From a virus (lineage: Duplodnaviria > Caudoviricetes), in IMG/VR virus record IMGVR_UViG_3300016722_000003, positions 1 to 55,269 of that record: a stretch of 55,269 nucleotides of DNA; one strand, given 5' to 3'. This document shows, one piece after another, positions 11,201 through 18,338 of this stretch. Position 1 is the first letter of the stretch. Each line of letters begins with the position of its first letter. Made by a program: the position numbers and the translations under genes. The notes under the pieces were generated by a model. It was given only the letters and a program-made list of their open reading frames with translations. It made no database searches and had not been told where the DNA came from.

Positions 11201-13049
11201 CTTGATTTTTAGTGCTATATTTTGGATATTGTGTTCTTAGTTGAGTTTGATTTGGGATATTTTGCAATGGTGTTTCTACGTATTTATTAGGTTCAACCCT
11301 TTCATCAAAGTTATTAGCATCTTCTGATTCATTAGCTTGATTAACTTTGTCTATTAATGGCTTATAACCTAATTTTTCTGCCACTTTGAACATCTTTTCG
11401 TCATTACCGCTTTCCAAGGCGTCTGTAATGTCGTTATTTGCATCGGTATCATTTGTGAATTGATTTTCTTTTAGAAAGTCCATAACGGATGGCATATTGT
11501 TTTGTGCATTTTGCGAAGAATAAGTGGAATTTGTACCTTTTTCATTTGCCAAGTCACTTGTCGAAATCCAACCTGTAACTTTACCAAACATCTCTGTAGG
11601 GCTTTGCGTACTGTGATATATGCCGTTATGGCTTTCTCCGCTTTGCCAAGTCCCACCTTCTCCATCATACATAACTGCATGATTATCGCCATTTACTATA
11701 GCAATATCGCCGGCTTTTGGTTGATAATCAGCATCATGCCATAATCCCATTTCTTGCGCCTTTTCAATAGCGGTTGGTACATAGTCAATTTGTGGCCATG
11801 CTCCGCCCGTAGCATTTCTTACCGCTGTAGAAACTGATCGCATACAGGTAGTACCTTCCGGAACATGGTAAGGCATAACGCCTTCTAGTGCTGCCATATT
11901 TTCTACTATTGAACTACCCCCAACGCTATTATTATCATCACCAACACTACCGTCATCTTTAGGATATCCATCAGGAGGACTTCCACCACCATTGCCTTTA
12001 ACGCCATCAGACAAATCCGAAATTGCACCCATTTTGCGTGCCACATGTCCGGCTCCAACGCCAAGACCACCAAATAACATACCTGGTGCAAAAGCAGCGG
12101 CAGCTTGTTGCATTTCATCTTCTTTCCAGTCTGTAGGATTAACTATACCCCATGGGTTCTCCCTATCCCCTGATGCATAGTTAGAAGAAGCAGCCTGCAT
12201 ACCTTCTTCCCATGACTGCTGAGCTGCACCGCCCGCAATACCTGCTGCTGCTTTAGCTGCTTTTCCAAACGCAGTTTTAGCTGAACCACCAATCAAAGAA
12301 CCAAGCCCCATACCTTCAACAGTATTAGAAAGTGTTAACAAAGGCATTTGAACAAGCCCATTTATTAGTGCAGCCTTCTTTTGTTCATCTAGAGAACCGC
12401 CTTTGTTTTCTACATCTTCGGCGCTATTACCCATTTCACTTGCTACTTCAAAAGGAGTTTTGGCAACATTCGCAAGAATAAGTGTTCCAAATTTGCTTCT
12501 TAGTGCGTTTGCCAGTGCCGGCATTCCTGCTGAAGCAGCACGTCCTGCCAATGCACCTGCCGCAGCTGACAATCCTTCATATCCAAGCCCTGACAATACA
12601 GGAGCTGCAGCTTGTGCAACTGCTGCCGTTTCACCGCCAAGAGCTAACATAGAACCTATTAAATTACCTGCATCATAGGTAAAACCCTGCGGATTTGTGT
12701 AATAATCACTTGCAAACGGAACTATATCTCCTGAGTTGTATTCTTTCGTTCTAGCATTTCGTTTAGCAACATCTCCAAAATAGTTAGCAACATCGCCACC
12801 TACTCCAAGAAAAGTATCAGCTAATTTTGCCTGTCCCCCTAGAACACCGGCAATACCACTATCAACAGCATCTTTAGCCCAACCCAAAAAGCCATTATTA
12901 GCCGTTTCTTCATTTTGAATATTTTCTTTAGGCTTATAGCCAAATTGTCCCATGAATTGCTCAACATCGCTAAAATCGCCATCATGCTGTTGCGCATTAA
13001 AGTTTTCAGCCGCTTGCCTTTGCACTTCTTTCAAAAATTCATTAGGCAT
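2211..13049 (-). CDS. Giant polyvalent internal-virion (ejection) protein, ~3610 aa
   Basis: Start MPNEF behind GAGAGG. Motifs: Cys/His papain-like region (TCMRSV...GDIAIV..NHAVMY), ddrB-ParB-like (ELQPRNR..GAP..GNGR), LPD5-like (IEDFGEKIGGAKKD), zincin AHEWWH with LPD1-like region, MuF-C-like, ART-like (FFHGT..WFTD), PBECR-like (RHIEKRHG), C-terminal LPD38-like. Confidence 0.85.
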   Translation of the reverse strand: MPNEFLKEVQRQAAENFNAQQHDGDFSDVEQFMGQFGYKPKENIQNEETANNGFLGWAKDAVDSGIAGVLGGQAKLADTFLGVGGDVANYFGDVAKRNARTKEYNSGDIVPFASDYYTNPQGFTYDAGNLIGSMLALGGETAAVAQAAAPVLSGLGYEGLSAAAGALAGRAASAGMPALANALRSKFGTLILANVAKTPFEVASEMGNSAEDVENKGGSLDEQKKAALINGLVQMPLLTLSNTVEGMGLGSLIGGSAKTAFGKAAKAAAGIAGGAAQQSWEEGMQAASSNYASGDRENPWGIVNPTDWKEDEMQQAAAAFAPGMLFGGLGVGAGHVARKMGAISDLSDGVKGNGGGSPPDGYPKDDGSVGDDNNSVGGSSIVENMAALEGVMPYHVPEGTTCMRSVSTAVRNATGGAWPQIDYVPTAIEKAQEMGLWHDADYQPKAGDIAIVNGDNHAVMYDGEGGTWQSGESHNGIYHSTQSPTEMFGKVTGWISTSDLANEKGTNSTYSSQNAQNNMPSVMDFLKENQFTNDTDANNDITDALESGNDEKMFKVAEKLGYKPLIDKVNQANESEDANNFDERVEPNKYVETPLQNIPNQTQLRTQYPKYSTKNQGYIGRYSPQKLKQISKLSNRALLDTARNINGFSNEDLLKQTVAAEARKRGIIVGDGFEIRKNSNIATIPNGPKDVGLSGNQGEVQFKAQFPSKNTNVAANLQKIVDKYIGNTQSFQHDYQKALQDVRQMVEVGRVNQQQARTYLQNLRAVYDQVMPAIQDGAIRMGKEDYSNHGENFSFHSADDTKKGADYKEVSPESARNDVGKWQQIPSPQSLQRLDDFKNKVAKSHSGKSTQVVTDDGTEFNAQYKVIDADNIIASNKADNSFAPNKLYPSELQPRNRASVAMQGQVRQMAANLRPADLGESRNLNTGAPLINDNGVVENGNGRVMAITRALKGGNEAGKNYKQYLVDNADKYGLDAAIIQGMKSPVLVRQRLDDVDTNKIITSTAGGAVMGATEQGLSDAKRLDTNTLRKYVANDNGDLTTGGNRNFVISALKDIVGKDMGKFNALLTADGDVSQQGITRVRNALFAKAYKDNGLLAIMSESTDNNIRNITNAMLNAAPYIAEIQARMSNGSLYDYNLSGEVTAACKKLVKLRDEGKPVSTYLVEQSMFGEELSDTAKDIISFLDRNKNSAKKINTMLQRASKLVEDLGDPNQGRLYGEVKMPTVSEIYNKSIGDVEGEESNSQGELFNAGTKSGTGKASSEENQMGNGVLEGKYGSNETSQQDKQTIQDERPSVQQKEVTEKNSTKNNRSEKNESGISMPQKAAERIEDFGEKIGGAKKDLWKLYRQSMDAIPDADVANSSLAKVFPELNYKKALENGMPKDTVSMIRSLRDIIPNKPRGTKYSAQRSLEIWAEATTFMREEARQLMNGEISPSDILENLNLDTALGREMRFQYDLYTELGHDNSLKKFGIRKHNNGVSVIAGQKWNPEKPVWEVYYSPKGKDGKIFSYASKTVSFAADYETALKKAIPKIPLFLEYEGVASAKKNNYIAYSSVRGGKKGFYVGKKIGGKTVDLAGPFTTAQEALSYRTNNTSELEKKVDEYKYVPSERKAENAPRIGNDWRKGKDISPKMLSDTFGFRGIEFGNYVENARRQNDLNRAFDSLMDLANIIGVDTRALSLNGSLGLAFGARGSGSAAAHYEPTKVVINLTKNNGAGSLAHEWWHAFDNAIAQQERHNPTNFVTGMVNSKKMFEKIRKPVVLAFEELEKEIRYSGMYNRSKNMTSAYWITPTELGARAFEKFVNDKMNETGYSNDYLANIQDLEAFEVVGKDDRYPYPTKEESVKINDKFQKLFDVIEQKETDKGIELYSVKQPGSNSIIMTDNELVQAAKESFPTAKNIVSNGNSVSFELPNGSKMTIDLVNGIVATAEDRERASKEHGIPVTSNEQLQGSMRTIGIDGLMQLTRDSEKGTIDHEVMEFAKKIAFTPKENADMDRLLPGKEAQCNAYRDWQKQGKGRLGKLWRKIQDIINQVKTYFGSAEAKSRLELEKYYKQVASGEVFNIEHRLGAEQLHVDMGKWKKLIHEYDISDKNLWKKENDGKLYDFMKMPLVLNLIGANQLNLQVYGSFFNHVLAPKHGGMSINILNKLPKAMTEPLMIFKTNKSNKFMFVLELTDDNGATVVVPVELEKIDKKHGIINIINSAYGRTDIKNKTMPFYKWFTAQFDNGNLLYADKEKSTTWAQAIRGDTSVGLALKSALSKKSILSESDLVKLQLKYPEKYSVVPKSNDSANEKFYHTLSDENGKPLIFFHGTPKSFDSYDINEKERTNNGEQGLVWFTDSKKAADSFSYEKLDSKKSSFIQEKGQKGVVKQANLIMQQPLDLRNLSDKDMQNLWTLPGLKKEFASYNEFTDKMRHWSEIGNSRLMKVTILSSVENPVKEYNKHIRALQQMGYDGIIADMGKEYDHASEYGVFDTQQIKEISTADKGQENKNIKKPRDTVVAKFATTATDARPYYDENSGPKFNVSKKSIADYVNVVLANPGKKLRLKLGKVSVSEAKVIRTSTGLDVEGYEHVWKSNDVRHIEKRHGIGNEKQAGQIGLSKEEIVEAIYAIKNPNKIEKGTPTNNGEPSIRFVQNTGNNYYTAVEVVRDASKTLSIKTIWKKAINKHHDDNDVALLDTSKTAIDSPSSVEQRLPQKNQAVNYEEKKDSATDVSYSVKSAAGEFIKKLSTGDTGKDKEEKLDTPEARGNAAVSHNPKAPIKQRIMDVKKDFYKNWIDSLEPINKLQKQIEIIAGEKLDYEHDVYKQARMANSFAIGRANMLVSGENPKEVIKAINQTMKTDAKLKNDVTLQSVFEIIPDKEMKSKYAEYFKRGGFKNSHDVLSTYLMSARLLELQDAKRQNINRLVKEMSATRKDLRSTEKERESKLEALEKELKEWNSVPEYKGPISNSDARAIVENAPEEFQRAADAYYKFNDNMLVIAEDAGLISHETHTMLNEKYSHYAPMLRDFSDTAAFDKFMGALGGKGVVNVTTFLKRITKFGSERKVIDPLESTIKNLFAICDKAERNKVAQIFVDLSEDNKAGKFAMRVEATSSDPNNSIFTVMVNGEKQAFKTDPEFYGALAGYTEAPATIVSSLFKSTAQALRTGATISPDFIVRNLVRDTIFAGISSKTGFVPVIDSAKGMWALKHDKQLVEEFKAAGVPMSNFVGSNRRSAALTLDKMAGGDKSWRAVPIKKLVSTLYEAVQDASELAESGTRMGEFMRARKQGLSIEEAGFLAKELTLDFGRSGIYGRKVNSAVPFFNACIQGSDKMYRLLRYNPRKTTIALAKYIMLPSLMLWAMNYDKDWYKELPDDVKNGSWVWKVGDTIFRLPKPQEAGVLFGSGMERFLDACANNDPKAVADWAKYMLDVLSPNVLPTLVLPLLEWKTNYSFFTGKAVVGRREQNLPDDKQYNIYTTEFAKFLGRNTNTSPEKWDNTIKGYFGTAGAFVAQSMDNLFGTEYTKAEKLWSEQPGIKGFTFTEGKRSKSVEEWYAIYNEISKEHSANGIKGHPAFYVKQANSLNKKLGELNKASTTVIMNKNLSPEQKRQYLDNIDSKKVQLAKLGVQRYRKYVKD

Positions 13050-13075
13050 TATTACAGACCTCTCTTTCAGTAATA

Positions 13076-15022
13076 TTAACCATTTTTCCTTCCAGTCCAA
13101 GGATTGCTTGCGTAAGGAGTTCCAGTGTAGGGATTAACCCAAGCTGCATTTTCACGTTCTTTTTTTAACTCTTCCTGTGCTGTTTCCTCTTCTTCGTCAC
13201 CTTGAGCTTGTTGCTCCTCTGCAGGATCATTTTTCACGCTTTTTTCACTACGCTTTAGGCCAAGGTCACTTATTATTTTTTCTACGAAGTCGTTACTATC
13301 ATCACTTGGCTGCAAGCCATAATTTTCTCTAATCCCACCCACAATATCTTGATTACTGTATTTACCGCTTGCTATTATTCTTTGGAAGAATGGTATTGCT
13401 GTTTCGTAGTCGTTCAAATTAACCGTGGGTGTTTGAGGCTTGCCTTGATTTCCGCCAAATACCGTATTTATATAAGCAGACTGAAATGCTTTAGCTTGAT
13501 TGTACGCAGTTTTTTCTTGTGGTGACAGTTGGTCAAATGTCATCTGGCCTCCTTCTAGTTTTTCATCTATACTCTTAACAAAATTGCTAGCCACCTTGAA
13601 ACCTTCGGTTGCCTGTTTCTGTCCATTGTCCATGCCGCTCTTACCTAGATAACCCGAAGCAGCAAGCATAGCTTCTTTGGGGTCTACTCCTGCCGCAACT
13701 AACATTTTTACTTTTTGATCAATTTCTGCTTGTTTCATGGCAACTTGTTGATTAGCATTGTAACTTGATAGCTTCATTCCTCTGCCCAACTGATTATCAG
13801 CGCCTTTTTGCTGATAATTAAAGTTTCTATCAGCCTTATGATCATCAACTTTAAGATTCCATTGATCCTTACCTGTAACAAGATTCTTCGCATACATGTT
13901 CGCAGCTTCCGGATCATATTCTTTTAATCCAATTAAAGCGGTCAAGGCCTTTGGATCATAGCCTTTGCTAAAGTCCGTATTTTCCAAAATCTTAATGTAT
14001 TCAGCAGCCTTTGTTTTATACTGCTCCTTTTGTATCTCAGCAGCTTTTGCCTTATATGGTGCTAATATTCTATCTATTTGCTCGGAAGTATAACCTTGCC
14101 CCATAAGCTTCTTTTGTTGGTCAGCCAAGAATACATCTGCATTGAAATTATCAAGACGTTTGTTAGCAGTTTGTTGCGCAACATCATTCGCATTAGGAGA
14201 TAAATTCATGTTATATCCAAATCTTTTTTCTTCATCATCATGAATTTTCTCAGCTGCCGCATTAGCTTGGTCTATACTATCAAAAACGCCTAGGTTCCGA
14301 CCCGTTCTCCTGTATTCGTCAATAGCATCTTTATTACTTAATATCCTGCCGTCTTGTGATACAGTCGGTATAAGAGTTTCCTTGCCATCGTCATCAAATG
14401 ACATAGAGCGCACTGTAGACACCGAACCATCGGGGTTCGTTACCACCGGTTGTTGATTAGTGTCAATGTTTCCATAAGTTGCCCCTTGTCCAATTGTCCT
14501 GTCTAATGAAAGCTTCCCTAGTCCTTCATTCAATGCTTGCCTGCCTTTTTCCTCAAAAGTTTGTGGTATATATCCCAAGTCCTTCAATGCTTGCATTCTA
14601 TCTTGAACTGTGGATGCTGCAACTCTACGCCTTTGACTAAATTCATCATTACCTAGAAAATTATTAGGATCATTTAGATAGCTATTATCATACATGGCCC
14701 TTCCCATAGGAGTATTCAGTCCCTGTTCATCAACCATTTTAGAAATATCCAAAGGAGAATTCGTGCCAACAGTCGCATAGTTTTGTGCTTGCTTTTGTTT
14801 TGCGACCTCATCTAACGCCGCATTTAGTTCATCAGTATTAGGATTGCCGGATAGTGCCGAGTCAATACCCTGCTGAGCTTTTCTAATTCCCCTATCCTCA
14901 TAATTTTTGTTGTAACTCGCTGCTATCAACTGTCCAAGAGCAAACAATGGGTCATTAACTGAAGCACTGTTAACGTCTGTATAATATCCCCTATTACCAT
15001 TGGCATATTTATTATTAACCAT
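13076..15022 (-). CDS. Internal virion (ejection) protein
   Basis: Q/A/N-rich helical 648-aa protein between two other ejection-type genes; carries a GNID..PVV.NPDGSVSTVRSMS module. Confidence 0.7.
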   Translation of the reverse strand: MVNNKYANGNRGYYTDVNSASVNDPLFALGQLIAASYNKNYEDRGIRKAQQGIDSALSGNPNTDELNAALDEVAKQKQAQNYATVGTNSPLDISKMVDEQGLNTPMGRAMYDNSYLNDPNNFLGNDEFSQRRRVAASTVQDRMQALKDLGYIPQTFEEKGRQALNEGLGKLSLDRTIGQGATYGNIDTNQQPVVTNPDGSVSTVRSMSFDDDGKETLIPTVSQDGRILSNKDAIDEYRRTGRNLGVFDSIDQANAAAEKIHDDEEKRFGYNMNLSPNANDVAQQTANKRLDNFNADVFLADQQKKLMGQGYTSEQIDRILAPYKAKAAEIQKEQYKTKAAEYIKILENTDFSKGYDPKALTALIGLKEYDPEAANMYAKNLVTGKDQWNLKVDDHKADRNFNYQQKGADNQLGRGMKLSSYNANQQVAMKQAEIDQKVKMLVAAGVDPKEAMLAASGYLGKSGMDNGQKQATEGFKVASNFVKSIDEKLEGGQMTFDQLSPQEKTAYNQAKAFQSAYINTVFGGNQGKPQTPTVNLNDYETAIPFFQRIIASGKYSNQDIVGGIRENYGLQPSDDSNDFVEKIISDLGLKRSEKSVKNDPAEEQQAQGDEEEETAQEELKKERENAAWVNPYTGTPYASNPWTGRKNG

Positions 15023-16146
15023 TATTCGTCACTCTCCTTAGCAGGATTGCTCCATTCTGTAGTAGCACCTTTAGCAATAAACCCATTTGCATAATAGTTG
15101 TTCTCACCGGTAAGTTTTAGGTCATATACCTTGCGCTCACCACTGTTGACAATGCTAACAAGCTTTCCTATGCCTTTTATCATCGTCCCTATGACTAGAT
15201 TACCAACCATAACAAAAGCATTGTCAGAAGTTAAAATTGGCTGTGTTAGAGTTGTGTTCACAAAGTTTCTGCTATTGCTTGCGCCTTGGCAAATTGGCGT
15301 ATAAATATCACTATAATGTGGTTTCATAACCTCTATAACCGTTTCTATTGTTTCTGTTCCGTCCACATTAGGACAAATAACCTTGTCACCAACGTTAATA
15401 CGCTTAATCTCTTTATCACCATCCGGGGTTTTAACCTTAGTTTCCTCTGTAAAACAGAATAGCCCTGCGTTACTTGCCAGTCCAGTAAGTAAACCACCAA
15501 ACAAACCACTACTACTTCCTGTTGCCGTAGAAGTTGTAGTACCTTTGCCACCCAGTGCAGATAAAGCCCCTGTCGTTGTTGAATTAAGTCCCGTTGACAT
15601 ATTCCATAGGTTAGTCGCAGGAGCAAGAGCAGCCTCTTGTGCGGCCGCACCGGCTGTAATACCACTAGTAGCCGTATCATTCATTTGTCCATACAATCCT
15701 GACAGCGCACTAACATTTTTTGTATATGCATCACTCATTGCCTGTGCCGCCGAATCATTAATACCCTGAATACCCTTGCTAGTAACAGAACTATTTAATA
15801 CACCTCTTGAACCATAATCTTGCATTAAATTCCCCATAGAATTAGTAACGCCGTTTTTGATAGAAGCTTCCATATTGTCTTGGTAAGCTTGCGGCAAAAC
15901 ACCCTTTGTTAAATCATTAACACCTGACTGTGCCTGTGCTATTTTCTGCTGAGCGGTATCATTCAATCCCGAATAGTCGACCTTATTTGTACCCATGCTG
16001 TTAATAATGCTATTCATAGCATAGTCGTTTAAGGCTTTAGCATTTGGTGAAACTGCGTTAGCATAATCCACTTCAATCCCTTGCAAGGCTTTTTCTTCTG
16101 CCGTTGGTGTATAAGTATTTTCGGTAGTCGTACTTTTTTTACCCAT
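15022..16146 (-). CDS. Internal virion protein with C-terminal Hint (intein-like) domain
   Basis: MGKKSTTT start, G/A/S-rich body, then F|CFTEETKVKTPDG.KEIK.INVGDKV (block A) and VYDLKLTGENNYYANG (block F/G). Confidence 0.85.
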   Translation of the reverse strand: MGKKSTTTENTYTPTAEEKALQGIEVDYANAVSPNAKALNDYAMNSIINSMGTNKVDYSGLNDTAQQKIAQAQSGVNDLTKGVLPQAYQDNMEASIKNGVTNSMGNLMQDYGSRGVLNSSVTSKGIQGINDSAAQAMSDAYTKNVSALSGLYGQMNDTATSGITAGAAAQEAALAPATNLWNMSTGLNSTTTGALSALGGKGTTTSTATGSSSGLFGGLLTGLASNAGLFCFTEETKVKTPDGDKEIKRINVGDKVICPNVDGTETIETVIEVMKPHYSDIYTPICQGASNSRNFVNTTLTQPILTSDNAFVMVGNLVIGTMIKGIGKLVSIVNSGERKVYDLKLTGENNYYANGFIAKGATTEWSNPAKESDE

Positions 16147-16147
16147 C

Positions 16148-16606
16148 TCACATCACCTCGTTTTCATTAATAAATTGTGTTACCCAATATGCAGGAAAAC
16201 CATTGTCGTCTGCTCCTTTATACGTAATTATTACAGGTCGATTAAGTTCATCCCGACATATAAAGCGTTTTTTCCCCTCTTTATTCTGTCCCTCAACTAT
16301 TTTCCAACGCCAAAACCTTATATAAGCTTCAACATTTCTTGTGCAAATAGTAGAAATACACTTTAACTTGTTTAAACGGCATATTAATTCACCTAAATCT
16401 CGCCAAAACTTGCCATCTCCGCAAACTGCATAAATCATAAGAATTCCGCTATTTTCATCTATTTTGTACTCAGCAAACCCACGATTAGGAAGCCAGTACA
16501 AGGAAAAGCCTTCAGGCAGTACAGCTTTATCGCCTGTTTTCTTCTCATACATATCAATCCATTCTTGTAATGTTCTAGCTTTATACATAGGCTCATTGTT
16601 TATCAT
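16148..16606 (-). CDS. Putative GNAT-like protein
   Basis: Size, position before the ejection genes, and the C-terminal TRN..AYIRFW pattern; the fold call is tentative. Confidence 0.5.
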   Translation of the reverse strand: MINNEPMYKARTLQEWIDMYEKKTGDKAVLPEGFSLYWLPNRGFAEYKIDENSGILMIYAVCGDGKFWRDLGELICRLNKLKCISTICTRNVEAYIRFWRWKIVEGQNKEGKKRFICRDELNRPVIITYKGADDNGFPAYWVTQFINENEVM

Positions 16607-17961
16607 AAGTCTGCCACCTCTATCGCAATATGGTCTAACTCAAACCGGTTATTACTGGTAACTTCTAAACTTATACAGTCAGTAGAATGATTACACCTTA
16701 ATTTTTTTCTGCTATTTGTTGGCACATTCACACTTAGCTTGCCGGTGCTTACTGTCGCTATACCTGCATGGTCAGATGTGAATTTGGTATCTAATGCTTT
16801 TACAAGCAGCTCATTACTTCCTATAACATCTCTAGGTTTCATCTTGTAATTAATAGCCATATCAACATCTTTTGTATAAGCCTTATCCCATTTGTAGATA
16901 TTCTTTCCGCTTGCCACCCATATCTCATTCGCTGTTTCAATAATGCTTGTAATCGGTACGCCAAACCTCAAAACTGTAGCAACTCCAAGCAAGTAGTTGT
17001 ATGCAATAAAAAACCTATAATCACTTGTTGGCCTGATTAGAATCATTCTGTGTCTTTTAAGTTTAAATACTCTCGGATTAGAAACCATGGACGTTGTTAT
17101 AAGCGAATTGAAATTGTCTCCTATATCTTGCGCAGCAATATTTCCATAATCTTGTACAGTAGCTAGGCCCCGCAACCCTTGCATAGATAAAAAAACAACG
17201 CTGCTCCCTATATTGGTTGCACATTGCAATCCTATAGGGTCAACGTCGCTTGCTATCATATTTATTTGCCATGAATCCGGTGTGGCATCACCCACCAATT
17301 GGTAAATTTTACCACTGGATTTTAAGAACATTAAGTCAGTAGCTAGAGGTACAACGCCTATAATATCACCGTCATCGCCATACCCAATTTCTGTCCACTG
17401 TTTAGTACTTGCGTCATTAGTATCTTCTTTCCAGTAAGCACCATCGCCAATACCTGAGAAATAGGCGTTATCATCACCAGTCTTAGTTAAAAATAACCTC
17501 GCAAACCTTTGGAAACAAATATCACATAATGGACTGTCCGTTACTGTTTGAATACCCTTATCGTCAAAAGCATAAAACTGAAGCTTTGCCCCGCTTGCAA
17601 TCCATAGCTTATTTTGAAACTTAGCAGTTGTAGGTATGCTGTCCCCTGTCATGCTACCAATATTAACAGCTTTCGCACCGTCAATAATAGAAAATGTGCT
17701 CTTATCTTCTAAAAAAGACATAACCGTATTAGTTCCAACATCATAACTTAACTCTTTAATATCGCTGTCAAAAGAATAGAGCGTGTCCGGAGATAATCCG
17801 CCACGCCCTACAAGTCTTTTGCTGTTTTGATCATATATAAAGTTTTCACACTCTTGCATCTCGGTTTCACCTATTTGCTCCGGACTTTGTGCTATGTTTA
17901 TACCGCCTGTTAGTCCAGAAAACGTTATATTTGTTGTTGCATGTTTAGCAATTCTTTTCAT
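16603..17961 (-). CDS. Tail nozzle / head-stabilisation protein (P22 gp10 / tubular protein B-like)
   Basis: FSGLTGGIN...ECENF...LVGRGG N-terminus and beta-propeller-like repeats. Confidence 0.75.
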   Translation of the reverse strand: MKRIAKHATTNITFSGLTGGINIAQSPEQIGETEMQECENFIYDQNSKRLVGRGGLSPDTLYSFDSDIKELSYDVGTNTVMSFLEDKSTFSIIDGAKAVNIGSMTGDSIPTTAKFQNKLWIASGAKLQFYAFDDKGIQTVTDSPLCDICFQRFARLFLTKTGDDNAYFSGIGDGAYWKEDTNDASTKQWTEIGYGDDGDIIGVVPLATDLMFLKSSGKIYQLVGDATPDSWQINMIASDVDPIGLQCATNIGSSVVFLSMQGLRGLATVQDYGNIAAQDIGDNFNSLITTSMVSNPRVFKLKRHRMILIRPTSDYRFFIAYNYLLGVATVLRFGVPITSIIETANEIWVASGKNIYKWDKAYTKDVDMAINYKMKPRDVIGSNELLVKALDTKFTSDHAGIATVSTGKLSVNVPTNSRKKLRCNHSTDCISLEVTSNNRFELDHIAIEVADL

Positions 17962-18338
17962 TAAATATCGCCCCCATAGGCTATCTTTACAAAACCACTT
18001 GTACCACCCTGATTGGCTGCCCCAACTTTAATGTTATAGCTCTGCCCTGCAACAACGTCTATGTATCCGTTATAAGTATTACCTGTATAACCAGCTGATT
18101 CACCAACTGAAGGTGCCCCGCAACCAAATGAACCACTGCCTAATGTAGTATTAAACCCTAAAGCGTATCCACTAGCAGAATGAGTTATTCGTGATGTTGA
18201 TGTTGCATAGCTTCCAAAAGAAGAATATGTTATATCGGAATAGTAATAAGAGTCAGAGCCATTATCGTTTGATGATGATGAACAACCTGCTCCTCCCCCC
18301 ACCATTGCAAGCCTAATTTTTTTAACATTAATATGCAA
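17961..18338 (-). CDS. Glycine-rich tail-fibre tip domain, probably a frameshifted C-terminal part of 18328..19551
   Basis: KKIRLAMVGGGAG...VVAGQSYNIKVGA..GFVKIAYG motifs; no good start codon or RBS. Confidence 0.55.
   Translation of the reverse strand: MHINVKKIRLAMVGGGAGCSSSSNDNGSDSYYYSDITYSSFGSYATSTSRITHSASGYALGFNTTLGSGSFGCGAPSVGESAGYTGNTYNGYIDVVAGQSYNIKVGAANQGGTSGFVKIAYGGDI

Noticed and set aside
15022-15456. Canonical splicing intein or homing endonuclease
   Set aside because: No terminal His-Asn plus nucleophile, no LAGLIDADG motifs and essentially no C-extein.
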